Below are positions 1 to 9,340 of a stretch of 64,000 bases of DNA, one piece after another. The notes beneath the pieces are model-generated. The model had not been told where the DNA came from. It made no database searches and worked only from the letters and a program-made list of their open reading frames with translations. This DNA comes from an uncultured delta proteobacterium. GTDB lineage: Bacteria; Myxococcota_A; UBA9160; UBA4427. The stretch spans positions 544,001-608,000 of the forward strand of contig CAWGJT010000006.1 of the NCBI GenBank assembly GCA_963822965.1, read 5' to 3'. Every line of letters begins with the position of its first letter. The stretch's first letter is position 1. The translations under genes and the position numbers were made by a program.

Positions 1-728
1 AGGTCCTGCTCGAGACCCAGGGCCGTCAGCCTCGCATCCTCGCTGGTGGACTCCGCCGCCGACAGATCGAGAACCGTCTTCTCGTGCCGCTCTACCGCCT
101 CTTGGAGCGTGGCCACGTTCTCGCGCAACGCCCGGTCGGCCTCGTCCGCGGCAGCGAGCTGCGCTTCGAGCGACGCGACCTTGTAGACGGCGGTACGGGC
201 TGCCTGCGCGGTCAGCCACTCCACCCACGCCACGTCGAGATCCACGGAACGGACGTTGGCGCGGGCGGCTTCGCCCCTCGTCGACAGCGTGACGAGCGAC
301 GTCACGTCCCAGCTCGCCCCGAAGCCGAACGCCGTGACGGTGCCGGCCGTATTGCCCCCGACGACGTAGTCTCGACCGTAGGAGATCTGCGGGTTCGGCA
401 GCACGCCCGCCTGGACGAGCTGCGCGGTCGCCAGTCCCCGCCGGTTGCGATCCGCCCGCAGCGTCGGATTGAGCAGTACGGCCAGCACCGCGGCCTCGTC
501 TGGATTCACTCCGTCGCTGAGGTCGATCTCCATTGGACGGAGGATCGGATGCTCGATCTGCGAAGCGGCGACCCGCAGCACCGCGACCTCGGGAACCCGG
601 AGACTCTCCTCGACTGCCGCCTCGGTGAGCGGTTTCGGATGGTAGATCGAGCAACCCGAAGACACGAGGAGGCAGCTTGCGGCCAGCCGGAGCGGGAATC
701 GTGGAATTCGAGCCATTCTCGGGACCAT
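1..728 (-). CDS. TolC/CzcC-family outer-membrane efflux lipoprotein, 5' part (continues beyond window start)
   Basis: Manual minus-strand translation from ATG 728 (alternative 716): MARIPRFPLRLAASCLLVSSGCSIYHPKPL...EAAVLAVLLNPTLRADRNRRGLATAQLVQAGVLPNPQIS..., a lipobox followed by an OEP-like 'NP.L......A.A.L..AG.LPNP' motif. Absent from the ORF track because no stop lies in the window. Confidence 0.8.
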   Translation of the reverse strand, partial: MVPRMARIPRFPLRLAASCLLVSSGCSIYHPKPLTEAAVEESLRVPEVAVLRVAASQIEHPILRPMEIDLSDGVNPDEAAVLAVLLNPTLRADRNRRGLATAQLVQAGVLPNPQISYGRDYVVGGNTAGTVTAFGFGASWDVTSLVTLSTRGEAARANVRSVDLDVAWVEWLTAQAARTAVYKVASLEAQLAAADEADRALRENVATLQEAVERHEKTVLDLSAAESTSEDARLTALGLEQD

Positions 729-826
729 GAGGTCTGCCCAGGCTATGCAACGCCTCCCGCCGCGGCAAGCAGACGACGCGGCGATCGGGAATACTCCGCT
801 CGGCGCCCTGCGCGGTCGGCCAAACA

Positions 827-1008
827 CCCCAATGCCTGACGAATCGCTGCGTCTTGCTCGGTCCGTGCCGCGATCCGAGCCCGACGCCAGGACCTCGTGG
901 GAATGAGATTGTCGCGCTCAGGCTGGTTCCGCCGTTCTCGCGCGATCCGCGAGGGCTGGCACGCTCTGCTGCACGCGGGAAGCACACGGAAGGACGCATC
1001 GGGGCTAG
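827..1008. mobile_element. Non-autonomous repeat element family A (MITE-like), copy 1
   Basis: About 181-nt ungapped match (about 16 mismatches by eye) to 24687-24867; short terminal inverted repeat CCCCAATGC...GCATCGGGG followed by CTAG; no transposase. Confidence 0.8.
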
Positions 1009-1173
1009 AGGCCCGGCCGGAAAGTGCGACCTGCATTCGAGCGCCCCCGCGGCGCCCTGGCTGCGTTCCGCTCCCGTCGCCGTAGCTTCGGCTACGCCTC
1101 GGTCGCGCGCCTTGCCAGGACGCCGCGGATGACGCTCTCGGTGCCGCGGTACACTTTCCGGCCGGGCCTCTAG
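1005..1173. mobile_element. MITE-like palindromic element B
   Basis: Perfect 22-nt inverted ends CTAGAGGCCCGGCCGGAAAGTG (1005-1026) / CACTTTCCGGCCGGGCCTCTAG (1152-1173); further internal inverted arms enclose a core at 1060-1114 that is shared with 62907-62960. Confidence 0.85.
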
Positions 1174-3023
1174 AGCCTACGGCTCTTCTCGAGCACGTCG
1201 GTCAGGTTCTTCACGATACGATTCCGCTGCTTCTCGTCGAGCCCCAGGATGTGCTCGAGGCCGACGGCCACCTGCGGGATGTACTTCTCGATGTAGGCGC
1301 GCTTCTTGGCCTCGTCGGCAGCCCGGCGCCCCTTGCGGATGTGGGTGGCGACCCGCCGGCCGCATTCCTGCAGACCGAGCCGCAGCTCCTTGATGATTTC
1401 GGGATAGTGGGCGATCGCCTCCTTGCTTTCGGACGTGAACGGCACCCACACGCTCGCGATGTGCACCATCACCAGGGCCGGACCCACGGGCAGCGCGCCC
1501 CGGGGCTGCTGGAGCTGGTAGGCGCGCCAGTCGGTCTGGACCACCGCCCGCGTGATCGCGCAGGCGCCCTGCTGGTACTGCAGGGGCACGCGGTTCGCGA
1601 AGCGGTAGAGGGTGATGGACTGCTCGGCGCCCATGTCGCCGCCGTAGGCGAGACCCACCTCGACGAGAAAGGGGTTGCCGCGATAGACGGCCGGCCGGCG
1701 GGTCACCGCAGCGTAGAAGTCCGCCTTCACCTCGGCCCGCAGGGCCCGCAGGATCAGGTCCTCGCCGATGGGCGCGATGCAGTCCGCGGGCGGGTTCATG
1801 ATCTTCGTCTTCTGGATCGCCCGGTGGATGCGTTCGGCCTCGTTGCGGGTCACGTCCCGCGGCCGCCGCTTCGACGACACCTCGGCGCGCGCGCAGATCT
1901 CCTCGGCGGTGCGCGCCGAAACCCGCGCGAAGTCGCCCTGGAGACAGGTCCTCACGTTGCGGGCCTTGGTGTCGCGCAGCATCTGCATCAGGACGCCGAG
2001 CTCCACACCGTAGGGATGGGGCTTGATCTCCGCCGTGAGGGGCGGCAGCTCCTTGGCGACGCGCGGAAACTCGATGGTGGGCTCCGAAGCGGCCGAGTCG
2101 CCGCCTCCTCCCGGCGCGGCTCCCTCCGCCGCCGGAGGCGCAACCGGCGGGACGTAGGTGATCTTCGCATGGGGGTTGGCGAGGGAGATCTGTCGAACGT
2201 AGGAGTCGACCGAGTGCTGCCCGCCGCGGTAGTTGCCTTCGAGCTCGATCTCCACCCGCGTGCCGTGGTCGACCGGCCAGGCCACGACCTTCTCGACCGA
2301 CACCCGCGGCTCGTTCTTCTGGGTATCGATCACCAGCTCGAAGTGGTGGGCGTCCTTCCGCTTGCCGGTCCGGGTCAGGATCTTGACGGGACGACCGGTC
2401 GTGATCAGCCCGTACATGCCCGCCGCGCTGATCCCGATGCCCTGCTGGCCCCGGCTCTGCCGCAGACGGTGGAACTTCGAGCCATAGAGGAGACGGCCGA
2501 AGATCTTCGGCACCTGGCCCCGCACGATGCCGGGACCGTTGTCCTCGATGGCGACGCGGAAGCGGGACTCGCCCTGCTGGGTGATCTCGACCCGGATGTC
2601 CGGCAGGATGCCCGCCTCCTCACAGGCGTCGAGGGAGTTGTCGACTCCCTCCTTGACGGTGGTGAGCAGGGCCTTCGAGGGATTGTCGAACCCCAGCAGG
2701 TGCCGGTTCTTGGCGAAGAACTCGGAGACCGAGATGTCGCGCTGCTTGCGGCCCTGCTCGACCGCATCGGCGTGATGTACGGGCTTCGGCGCGCGACGAA
2801 CCGCGGTGGCCTGGCGCGCGCCTTTTCGCTTCGCGGGCTTGCGGGTCGGCGGTCGCCTGCCGCCTGCCTGCCGCTTCGCCGGTTCCCGGGCCGGCTTCGC
2901 CTTCGCCTTCTTCTTCTTCTTCTTCTTCGACCTCTTCGGAGCTCTCGCCTTCGCGGCGGGCGCCCTGCGTTTGCGCCTCGTAGGCTCGCGCTTTTCGGGC
3001 TTTCGCGCGGAACGGGCCGCCAT
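1170..3023 (-). CDS. top6B: DNA topoisomerase VI subunit B with Lys/Arg-rich N-terminal extension
   Basis: [68 protein letters not shown] (GHKL ATPase); RFANRVPL and [12 protein letters not shown] (transducer). Start moved to ATG 3023, which follows GGAGAGG. Confidence 0.95.
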   Translation of the reverse strand: MAARSARKPEKREPTRRKRRAPAAKARAPKRSKKKKKKKAKAKPAREPAKRQAGGRRPPTRKPAKRKGARQATAVRRAPKPVHHADAVEQGRKQRDISVSEFFAKNRHLLGFDNPSKALLTTVKEGVDNSLDACEEAGILPDIRVEITQQGESRFRVAIEDNGPGIVRGQVPKIFGRLLYGSKFHRLRQSRGQQGIGISAAGMYGLITTGRPVKILTRTGKRKDAHHFELVIDTQKNEPRVSVEKVVAWPVDHGTRVEIELEGNYRGGQHSVDSYVRQISLANPHAKITYVPPVAPPAAEGAAPGGGGDSAASEPTIEFPRVAKELPPLTAEIKPHPYGVELGVLMQMLRDTKARNVRTCLQGDFARVSARTAEEICARAEVSSKRRPRDVTRNEAERIHRAIQKTKIMNPPADCIAPIGEDLILRALRAEVKADFYAAVTRRPAVYRGNPFLVEVGLAYGGDMGAEQSITLYRFANRVPLQYQQGACAITRAVVQTDWRAYQLQQPRGALPVGPALVMVHIASVWVPFTSESKEAIAHYPEIIKELRLGLQECGRRVATHIRKGRRAADEAKKRAYIEKYIPQVAVGLEHILGLDEKQRNRIVKNLTDVLEKSRRL

Positions 3024-3280
3024 CGTCCTCTCCCCCCGAGAGCAGCCCCCGATCATGCCCGATCGATCCCGGGCGTTCCAGCGAAGATCCTCGCGATCGA
3101 GTCCCGCGAACCGCGTGGCGATCGGCGCGGGACCGCGGACGGAACCCGCCTGCGCGGCGCCACCGATCCCTTGGGGGGGCGAGCTCCGCCCCTCGCGACC
3201 CGTGCCGAAAAGGAGCATGCTCTCGGGTCCCCGCTCGGAATAGAGGATCACACGACCCGAATCGCTCGAGGAGACTCGCT

Positions 3281-5350
3281 ATGCAGAACGTCGATCGCCG
3301 GAACACCCGCAACTTTGCGTTGATCGGTCATGCGGGTGACGGCAAGACGTCTCTGGGCGAAGCGATCCTGCACGCCGCCGGGGCCACCTCCGAGCTCGGG
3401 CGCGTGGACGCCGGCACCTCCGTGCTCAACTACCTGCCCGAGGAGCGAGACGGGCACACCGCGTCGATCTCGGCCCACATCTACGCGTTCGACTGGAACG
3501 GCAATCATCTCACCCTCGTCGACACTCCCGGCGACCGGAACTTCCAGGGCGACGGGCTCGTCGCCCTCCAGGCCGTCGACGGGGCGGTGCTGACCCTCTC
3601 CGCCGTCGACGGCATGAAGGTGGGCAGCGAGAAGATGCTCTCCGCGGCCCAGGATGCCGGCGTTTCGGTGCTGGTCTTCGTGAACGGCGTGGACCGGGAG
3701 CGCGCCGACTTCGCCACCACCCTCGCGTCGCTCGGCGATCTGGGCGTGCACCCCGCGGTCGTGGCCTTTCCCATGGGCGAGCACGAGTCCCTCTCCGGCG
3801 TGATCGACGTGCTCCACATGAAGGCCGTGACGTCCGACGGCACCGGCGAGATTCCCCCGGAGTACGCGGACGAGGCGGCGACCCGGCGGGAGCAGCTCAT
3901 GGAGAGCGTCGCCGAGTGCAACGACGAGATGCTGGAGCGCTACCTCGACGAGGGAGAGCTCAGCGAGGAGGAGCTGCGCAGCGGCCTCGTGCAGGGCGCC
4001 AAGGCGGGGCAGATCCTGCCCGTGCTGTGCGGGTCCGCGACGGCCGAGGTGGGCGTCGATCTCCTCCTCCGCGACCTGCTCGAGCTGCTCCCCTCACCCG
4101 TCGAGCGCGGCGAGTGGCCGGCCACGAACCTCGCCGACGGGAGCGAGGCGGCCGTGGCTCCCGATCCCGCCGGCACCTTCTCGGCCGTCGTGATGAAGAC
4201 GGTGATCGATCGCTACACCGGCACCCTCTCGGTCCTTCGCGTGGTCTCCGGCACCCTGCAGCCCGACGGCAGCGTCACCAACGCCACCACCGGGGAGAAG
4301 CTGCGCGTCGGCAAGCTGCTGGCGCTGCAGGGCGACAAGCACGTCGAGGTGGCCGAGGCGGGACCGGGAGACATCGTGGCGGTTGCGAAGCTCAAGGACA
4401 CCCACACCGGGAACGTCCTCACCGCCGAGAAGGGCGGCGTTCGCCTCGCGGAGCCGACGATTCCCCAGGGCGTCATCTCCTACGCGATCGAGGCGGCGTC
4501 CCAGAAGGACGAGGACAAGGTGTTCCAGTCGCTGCACCGCCTGTGCGAGGAGGACCCCTCCCTGCACGTCGGTCGCGAGCCCACCACCGGGGAGTTCCTG
4601 CTCACGGGCATGGGCGAGCTCCACGTCCGCACCACGGTCAAGAAGCTCGAGCGCATGTTCGAGGTGAAGATCGAGCTGCGCACCCCGAAGGTTCCCTACC
4701 GCGAGACGATCACGAAGCCCGTGCAGCACGTGGAGGGCAAGCTCAAGAAGCAGTCGGGCGGCGCCGGCATGTTCGGGGTCTGCTACCTGGACGTCGAGCC
4801 ACTGCCGCGGTCCGCCGGCTTCGAGTTCGAGGACAAGATCGTGGGCGGCGCGATCCCGCGGAACCTCATCCCCGCCGTCGAGAAGGGCGTCGTCGAGGCA
4901 CTGGCCCGCGGCCCCCTGGCCGGCTATCCGCTGGTCGACCTCCGCGTCCGCTGCGTCGACGGCAAGTACCACTCGGTCGACTCCAACGAGATGGCCTTCA
5001 AGCTGGCGGGCTCGTTCGGGCTCAAGACCGCCGTCGAGCAGGCGAGGCCGGTGCTCCTCGAGCCCTACATGAAGGTCGAGATCATGGTGCCGGACGACTC
5101 GGTGGGCGACATCATGGGCGACATCGCGAGCCGACGGGGCGTGGTGCAGACCACCGAGGTCCGCGGCAACACGAGCGTGGTGATCGCCAAGGTGCCCATG
5201 GCCGAGATGCTCGAATACGCCAGCACGCTCACCAGCCTCACCGGCGGCAAGGGCGAGTTCCACCTGGAGTTCTCGCACTACGACGTGGTTCCCGCGAAGA
5301 TCGCCGAGAAGCTCGTCGACGAGGCGCAGTCCGCCGGCGCCAAGGGCTAG
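3281..5350 (+). CDS. fusA: Elongation factor G-like protein (EF-G2 type)
   Basis: 689 aa; GHAGDGKTS P-loop, DTPG, GMGELH, PKVPYRETI, KKQSGG, DGKYHSVDSNEMAF, PVLLEP. The G2, G3 and G4 motifs deviate from canonical EF-G. Confidence 0.93.
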   Translation: MQNVDRRNTRNFALIGHAGDGKTSLGEAILHAAGATSELGRVDAGTSVLNYLPEERDGHTASISAHIYAFDWNGNHLTLVDTPGDRNFQGDGLVALQAVDGAVLTLSAVDGMKVGSEKMLSAAQDAGVSVLVFVNGVDRERADFATTLASLGDLGVHPAVVAFPMGEHESLSGVIDVLHMKAVTSDGTGEIPPEYADEAATRREQLMESVAECNDEMLERYLDEGELSEEELRSGLVQGAKAGQILPVLCGSATAEVGVDLLLRDLLELLPSPVERGEWPATNLADGSEAAVAPDPAGTFSAVVMKTVIDRYTGTLSVLRVVSGTLQPDGSVTNATTGEKLRVGKLLALQGDKHVEVAEAGPGDIVAVAKLKDTHTGNVLTAEKGGVRLAEPTIPQGVISYAIEAASQKDEDKVFQSLHRLCEEDPSLHVGREPTTGEFLLTGMGELHVRTTVKKLERMFEVKIELRTPKVPYRETITKPVQHVEGKLKKQSGGAGMFGVCYLDVEPLPRSAGFEFEDKIVGGAIPRNLIPAVEKGVVEALARGPLAGYPLVDLRVRCVDGKYHSVDSNEMAFKLAGSFGLKTAVEQARPVLLEPYMKVEIMVPDDSVGDIMGDIASRRGVVQTTEVRGNTSVVIAKVPMAEMLEYASTLTSLTGGKGEFHLEFSHYDVVPAKIAEKLVDEAQSAGAKG

Positions 5351-5374
5351 GCCGCTCCCGCCCGGACTGGATCC

Positions 5375-6154
5375 ATGCCGACGTCCCCGCCTGCCGCCCA
5401 ACGCCTCGAAGGCAAGGTCGCGCTCGTCTCGGGCGCGGCGCGGGGCATGGGGGCCGCCGAGGCCCGGCTCTTCGCGGCGCACGGCGCCCGAGTGGTGCTG
5501 GGCGACATTCGGAAGGAGCCCGTGCAGCAGCTCGCCGACGAGCTCGCCGCCGCGGGACGCGAGGCCTTCGCCTGGCAGCTCGACGTGCGCGACGAGCGCT
5601 CGTGGCGCGCCGTCGTCGAAGCCGCCGAGCAGCGCTTCGGACGCCTGGACGTGCTCGTCAACAACGCCGGGATCGCCGATCCCGCCGGCATCGAGGACAC
5701 CAGCCGGGAACGATGGGACGAGATCGTCGCCGTGAACCAGACGGGCACCTGGCTCGGCATGAAGTCCGCCGTGCCCGCGATGCGCCGCGCGGGCGCCGGC
5801 TCGATCGTCAACGTCTCGTCCATCTACGGCATCGTGGGAAGCAGCGGCTCCGCCGCCTACCACGCCGCCAAGGGCGCCGTCCGCGTCCTCACCAAGCAGG
5901 CGGCGATCGAGTATGCGCCGGCGAAGATCCGGGTGAATTCGATCCATCCCGGATTCATCGACACGCCGATGCTCCGGGCCCCGTTCGAAGGCCGGCCGGA
6001 CGAGCTCGCGGGCGCGATCGCCGCGCTCACGCCCCTGGGTCGAGTGGGCACGCCGGAGGAGATCGCGAACGCGGCGTTGTTCCTCGCTTCCGACGAATCG
6101 TCGTTCGTGACCGGCGCCGAGCTGGTCGTGGACGGCGGCTACACGGCGCGCTGA
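5375..6154 (+). CDS. SDR family oxidoreductase (glucose-1-DH / 3alpha,20beta-HSD-like)
   Basis: SGAARGMG, NNAG, YHAAKG (YxxxK), VDGG. Confidence 0.92.
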   Translation: MPTSPPAAQRLEGKVALVSGAARGMGAAEARLFAAHGARVVLGDIRKEPVQQLADELAAAGREAFAWQLDVRDERSWRAVVEAAEQRFGRLDVLVNNAGIADPAGIEDTSRERWDEIVAVNQTGTWLGMKSAVPAMRRAGAGSIVNVSSIYGIVGSSGSAAYHAAKGAVRVLTKQAAIEYAPAKIRVNSIHPGFIDTPMLRAPFEGRPDELAGAIAALTPLGRVGTPEEIANAALFLASDESSFVTGAELVVDGGYTAR

Positions 6155-6166
6155 TCCGTCCGCCGC

Positions 6167-7102
6167 ATGCCCGACCTGCCCCTCGACACCCACCTGCACT
6201 TCGGGTTCATGACGGGGGTACGCGGCCCCGACGAGGCGCGCGCCGTCGCGGCGCTCGCCGATCGCCTGTCCTTCGACTCGCTCTGGGTCGGCGATCACGT
6301 GGCCTTCGCGATCCCGATCCTGGACCCCCTGCTGCAGCTCGCCCAGCTGGCCGCCTTCTCGCGCCGCGTGTGGCTCGGCACCAGCGTCTATCTGCTGCCG
6401 CTGCGCCATCCCGTTCCCACCGCGAAGCAGGTCGCCACGCTGGACGTGCTGTGCGGGGGCCGGCTGATCTTCGGCGTGGGTGTGGGGGGCGAGTTTCCCG
6501 GCGAGTACGCGGCCTGCGGCGTGCCCGTGCGCGAACGCGGCGCGAGGCTCGAAGAGGCGATTCCCCTGGTGCGGGCGCTGGTCCGCGGCGAGGCCGTCAC
6601 CGGCGACGGACGCTTCCATCCCTTCCCCGAGACGCGCCTGCTCCCGCCCTCGCCCCAGCCGCAGGGGCCACCCATCTGGTGCGGCGGCCGCTCGCCCGCG
6701 GCGCTCGCACGCGCGGGCCGCCTGGCGGACGGCTGGGTGTCCTACGTGGTCGAGCCCGACCGCTACCGTCAGGGGCTCGAGACCATCGCCGGGGTCGCCG
6801 AGCGGGCCGGCCGGCCGCTCGAGCGCTTCGACAGCGCGCACCTGCTCTTCCTCCGGATCGACGACGCGCGGGAGAAGTCGCTCGACGTCGCCACGAGCCA
6901 CCTCTCGCAGCGCTACGCGATGGACTTCCGCCGGGCGGCGGATCGCTACGCGGCCCTGGGAGCACCGGCGGACGTCGCCGAGCGCATCCACGCCTTCCGC
7001 GCGGCCGGCGTGCGGCACTTCATCCTGGATTGCGTGGGGCCGCCGTCCGACCGGGACGCGCAGCTCGAACGCTTCGCCGCCGAGGTGAGGCCGCTGCTGT
7101 GA
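6167..7102 (+). CDS. LLM-class flavin/F420-dependent oxidoreductase
   Basis: FDSLWVGDHV, LGTSVYLLPLRHP..AKQVATLD.L.GGRLIFGVGVG, PPIWCGG. Confidence 0.9.
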   Translation: MPDLPLDTHLHFGFMTGVRGPDEARAVAALADRLSFDSLWVGDHVAFAIPILDPLLQLAQLAAFSRRVWLGTSVYLLPLRHPVPTAKQVATLDVLCGGRLIFGVGVGGEFPGEYAACGVPVRERGARLEEAIPLVRALVRGEAVTGDGRFHPFPETRLLPPSPQPQGPPIWCGGRSPAALARAGRLADGWVSYVVEPDRYRQGLETIAGVAERAGRPLERFDSAHLLFLRIDDAREKSLDVATSHLSQRYAMDFRRAADRYAALGAPADVAERIHAFRAAGVRHFILDCVGPPSDRDAQLERFAAEVRPLL

Positions 7103-8523
7103 GGACGCGCCACGTGGCGGCCTGGCTGGTCGGAGCGCTCCTCCTGGGCTGCGACGCCCCTGCGACCTTGCGACCGAACATCGTGCTCATCATCGGGGAC
7201 GACCACGCCTATCCCGACGCGGGCTTCATGGGCAGCAAGGTCGCGCGTACGCCGAATCTCGATCGACTCGCCGCCGAGGGCACCGTGTTCACCACGGCCT
7301 ACAACACGTCCAGCGTGTGCCGCCCCTCGCTCCTCTCACTGCTGACCGGGCTCCAGCCCTACCCGGCCAGCCTCTGGCTGGGGCGGCTCGAGCGGCGCGG
7401 CCTGGCCCGGAGGGCCGGCGCCATCCGCTACCTCGACACCCTGCCCGGACTGCTGAAGAGCCGCGGGTATCGGAGCTTCCAGGCGGGGAAGCTCTGGGAA
7501 GGAAGTCGCTTCGAGGAGGCCGGCTTCACCGCCGGAACCAAGACGGGTGCCCCCGGCGGTGGTCCCATGGTGCAGCTCGTGGGCGGCGAGTCGGGACTGC
7601 AGGTCGGCCGCACCACCATGGCACCGGTCTTCGAGTTCCTCCGAGACGCTGCCGGAGAGCCCTTCTTCCTCTGGTTCGCGCCGATGCTGCCCCACCGACC
7701 CTTCGACGCGCCGCCCGAGGCCCGCGCGCGCTACGAAGGCGAGCGGCTCTCCGAGAGCGCCCTCGGCTACTACGCGAACGTCTCCCGCCTCGACGACGCC
7801 GTCGGTGACCTGCTCGACGAGCTCGACACCCGGGAGATCACCGATCGAACCCTCGTCGTCTACCTCTCCGACAACGGCTGGGACCCGAGCGGCGACCTCG
7901 ACGTGGGACGCGGCCGCGAGCTGGGCGGCGTGGCGGGCAAGATGTCCATGCACGAGCTGGGCTTCCGGACGCCGATGGTCTTCCGCTGGCCGGGACGGGT
8001 GCCGGCCGGGGTGGTTCGCGACGATCTCGTCTCCACCCTCGACCTGTTTCCGACCCTGCTCGACTACGCCGGGGACGCCGGGGACGCCGGGGACGCCGGG
8101 GCGGCGCGCCCGCCGGGCCGCGAGGGAATCGACCTGCGCGCGGCCGTCGAGCACGGTGCCGCGCTTCCAGCGCGTACCCTCTACGGCTGGATGGAGCATG
8201 CACTCCCGTCGCGGATCCCGCCCACCACGAAGCACTGGCGGGCGCAGGAGCGCGAAGCCTTCTTCGCGCGCAGCCCGCGCTGGCACTACATCCACTTCCC
8301 GGCGCGCGCAGACGACGGCGGCCGAGCCCAGCCCGCCGAGGCGGAGCTCTACGACCTGCGGGCCGATCCCGCCGAGAGCCGGAACGTGGCCGCCGCATTC
8401 CCCCAGGAGCTCCGCTCACTCGCCGCCGGAGTCGAGCGGTGGAGGCTGCAGGCCCTGGCCCGCCTGCCCGAGAAGGCATCGCCGGAGGCGGCGTGGCGCG
8501 ACCCCGCCCGGGCGGCCCCGTAG
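7099..8523 (+). CDS. Sulfatase-family lipoprotein
   Basis: GTG overlaps the upstream TGA (GTGA); lipobox LLLGC; PNIVLIIGDD, TPNLDRLAAEG, CRPSLLSLLTG, SDNG, ELYDLRADPAE. This is the C-terminal part of the spurious 1535-aa ORF. Confidence 0.88.
   Translation: MRTRHVAAWLVGALLLGCDAPATLRPNIVLIIGDDHAYPDAGFMGSKVARTPNLDRLAAEGTVFTTAYNTSSVCRPSLLSLLTGLQPYPASLWLGRLERRGLARRAGAIRYLDTLPGLLKSRGYRSFQAGKLWEGSRFEEAGFTAGTKTGAPGGGPMVQLVGGESGLQVGRTTMAPVFEFLRDAAGEPFFLWFAPMLPHRPFDAPPEARARYEGERLSESALGYYANVSRLDDAVGDLLDELDTREITDRTLVVYLSDNGWDPSGDLDVGRGRELGGVAGKMSMHELGFRTPMVFRWPGRVPAGVVRDDLVSTLDLFPTLLDYAGDAGDAGDAGAARPPGREGIDLRAAVEHGAALPARTLYGWMEHALPSRIPPTTKHWRAQEREAFFARSPRWHYIHFPARADDGGRAQPAEAELYDLRADPAESRNVAAAFPQELRSLAAGVERWRLQALARLPEKASPEAAWRDPARAAP
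8068..8100 (+). repeat. 9-bp in-frame tandem repeat GCCGGGGAC x3.7 (Ala-Gly-Asp) inside the sulfatase
   Basis: gccggggac gccggggac gccggggac gccggg read directly. Confidence 0.85.
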
Positions 8524-8527
8524 CGGG

Positions 8528-8938
8528 TCAGCAGCAGCCGCGCGCCGGAGCGGGCTCCGGCGACGGGGAACCGAAGGTCTCCTCGTCTCCCCGGAACCGG
8601 TAGAACTCCCAGAGCAGGCCCTGCGGATCGTGGGCGTAGACGGTGCTCTTGCGCGCGTAGCAGCAATGCTCGTCCCGGATCACCTGGGACGCGAGGCCGA
8701 GGGGCTCGAGACGCTCGATGGTGCGCTCCACCTCGTCGTTGTCCGCCGCCTCGAAACCGACGTGGTTCAGTCGTTCGGCGTCGGGGTTCTCGAACAGCAC
8801 GAGCTTGAGCGGGGGCTCGTCGACGGCGAAGTTGGCGTAGCCGGGCTTCCGCTTGTTGACGGGGACGCCGAAGAGCTTCGAGTAGTAGTCGATCGCCTCG
8901 TCGAGGTCGCGCACGTTGAGGGCGAGCTGGAACCGCAT
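8528..8938 (-). CDS. ArsI/CadI-family VOC (glyoxalase-like) protein
   Basis: MRFQLALNVRDLDEAIDYYSKLFG, RKPGYANFAVDEPPLKLVL, LNHVG, vicinal CCYA, DPQGLLWEFY, C-terminal CC; RBS AAGGAG before ATG 8938. Confidence 0.88.
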   Translation of the reverse strand: MRFQLALNVRDLDEAIDYYSKLFGVPVNKRKPGYANFAVDEPPLKLVLFENPDAERLNHVGFEAADNDEVERTIERLEPLGLASQVIRDEHCCYARKSTVYAHDPQGLLWEFYRFRGDEETFGSPSPEPAPARGCC

Positions 8939-8987
8939 GCGGGGACTCCTTGGATTCGGGTTCTCGGGGAACGGGACGCTGAATCGC

Positions 8988-9290
8988 TCAGGCGGGACCA
9001 CAGCGGTTCGCCTGACAACAGTTCTCGGTGAGATAGGCCAGCACCTCGCCCATGGCGGCGAAGTCGGCGCGATAGAGGATCGAGCGGCCGTGGCGCTCGC
9101 TCGAGACGAGCCGCGCGTTCTTCAGCTCCTTCAGGTGGAAGGACAGGGTCGCCGCCGGGATCTCGAGGCTCCGGGAGAGCACTCCGGGCGCGCTGCCCTC
9201 CCGCCCGGCCCGGACCAACGCGCGGAACACGTCGAGACGCGTCTCCTGGGCGAGGGCCGACAGGGCCGCGAGCACGTCCTGCTTCTCCAC
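8988..9290 (-). CDS. arsR: ArsR/SmtB transcriptional repressor with C-terminal ENCC
   Basis: ALSALAQETRLDVFRALV, ATLSFHLKEL, LTENCCQ; probable GTG start at 9290. Confidence 0.9.
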   Translation of the reverse strand: MEKQDVLAALSALAQETRLDVFRALVRAGREGSAPGVLSRSLEIPAATLSFHLKELKNARLVSSERHGRSILYRADFAAMGEVLAYLTENCCQANRCGPA

Positions 9291-9340
9291 GATGTCCCCC
9301 CTTTGACCCTTCACACGCCACGCGCCACGCACCGGGCTGG

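Noticed and set aside
84..839. 251-aa plus-strand ORF
   Set aside because: Antisense to the TolC-family gene, which has a lipobox and family motifs.
897..1085. Short ORF MGMRLSRSGWFRR in repeat family A as a peptide gene
   Set aside because: Its recurrence at about 24757 is explained by the DNA repeat; the downstream parts differ and there is no clear RBS.
3916..8523. 1535-aa ORF
   Set aside because: Off-frame shadow of fusA, SDR and LLM with Arg/Gly/Pro-rich junk; only the part from 7099 (sulfatase) is real.
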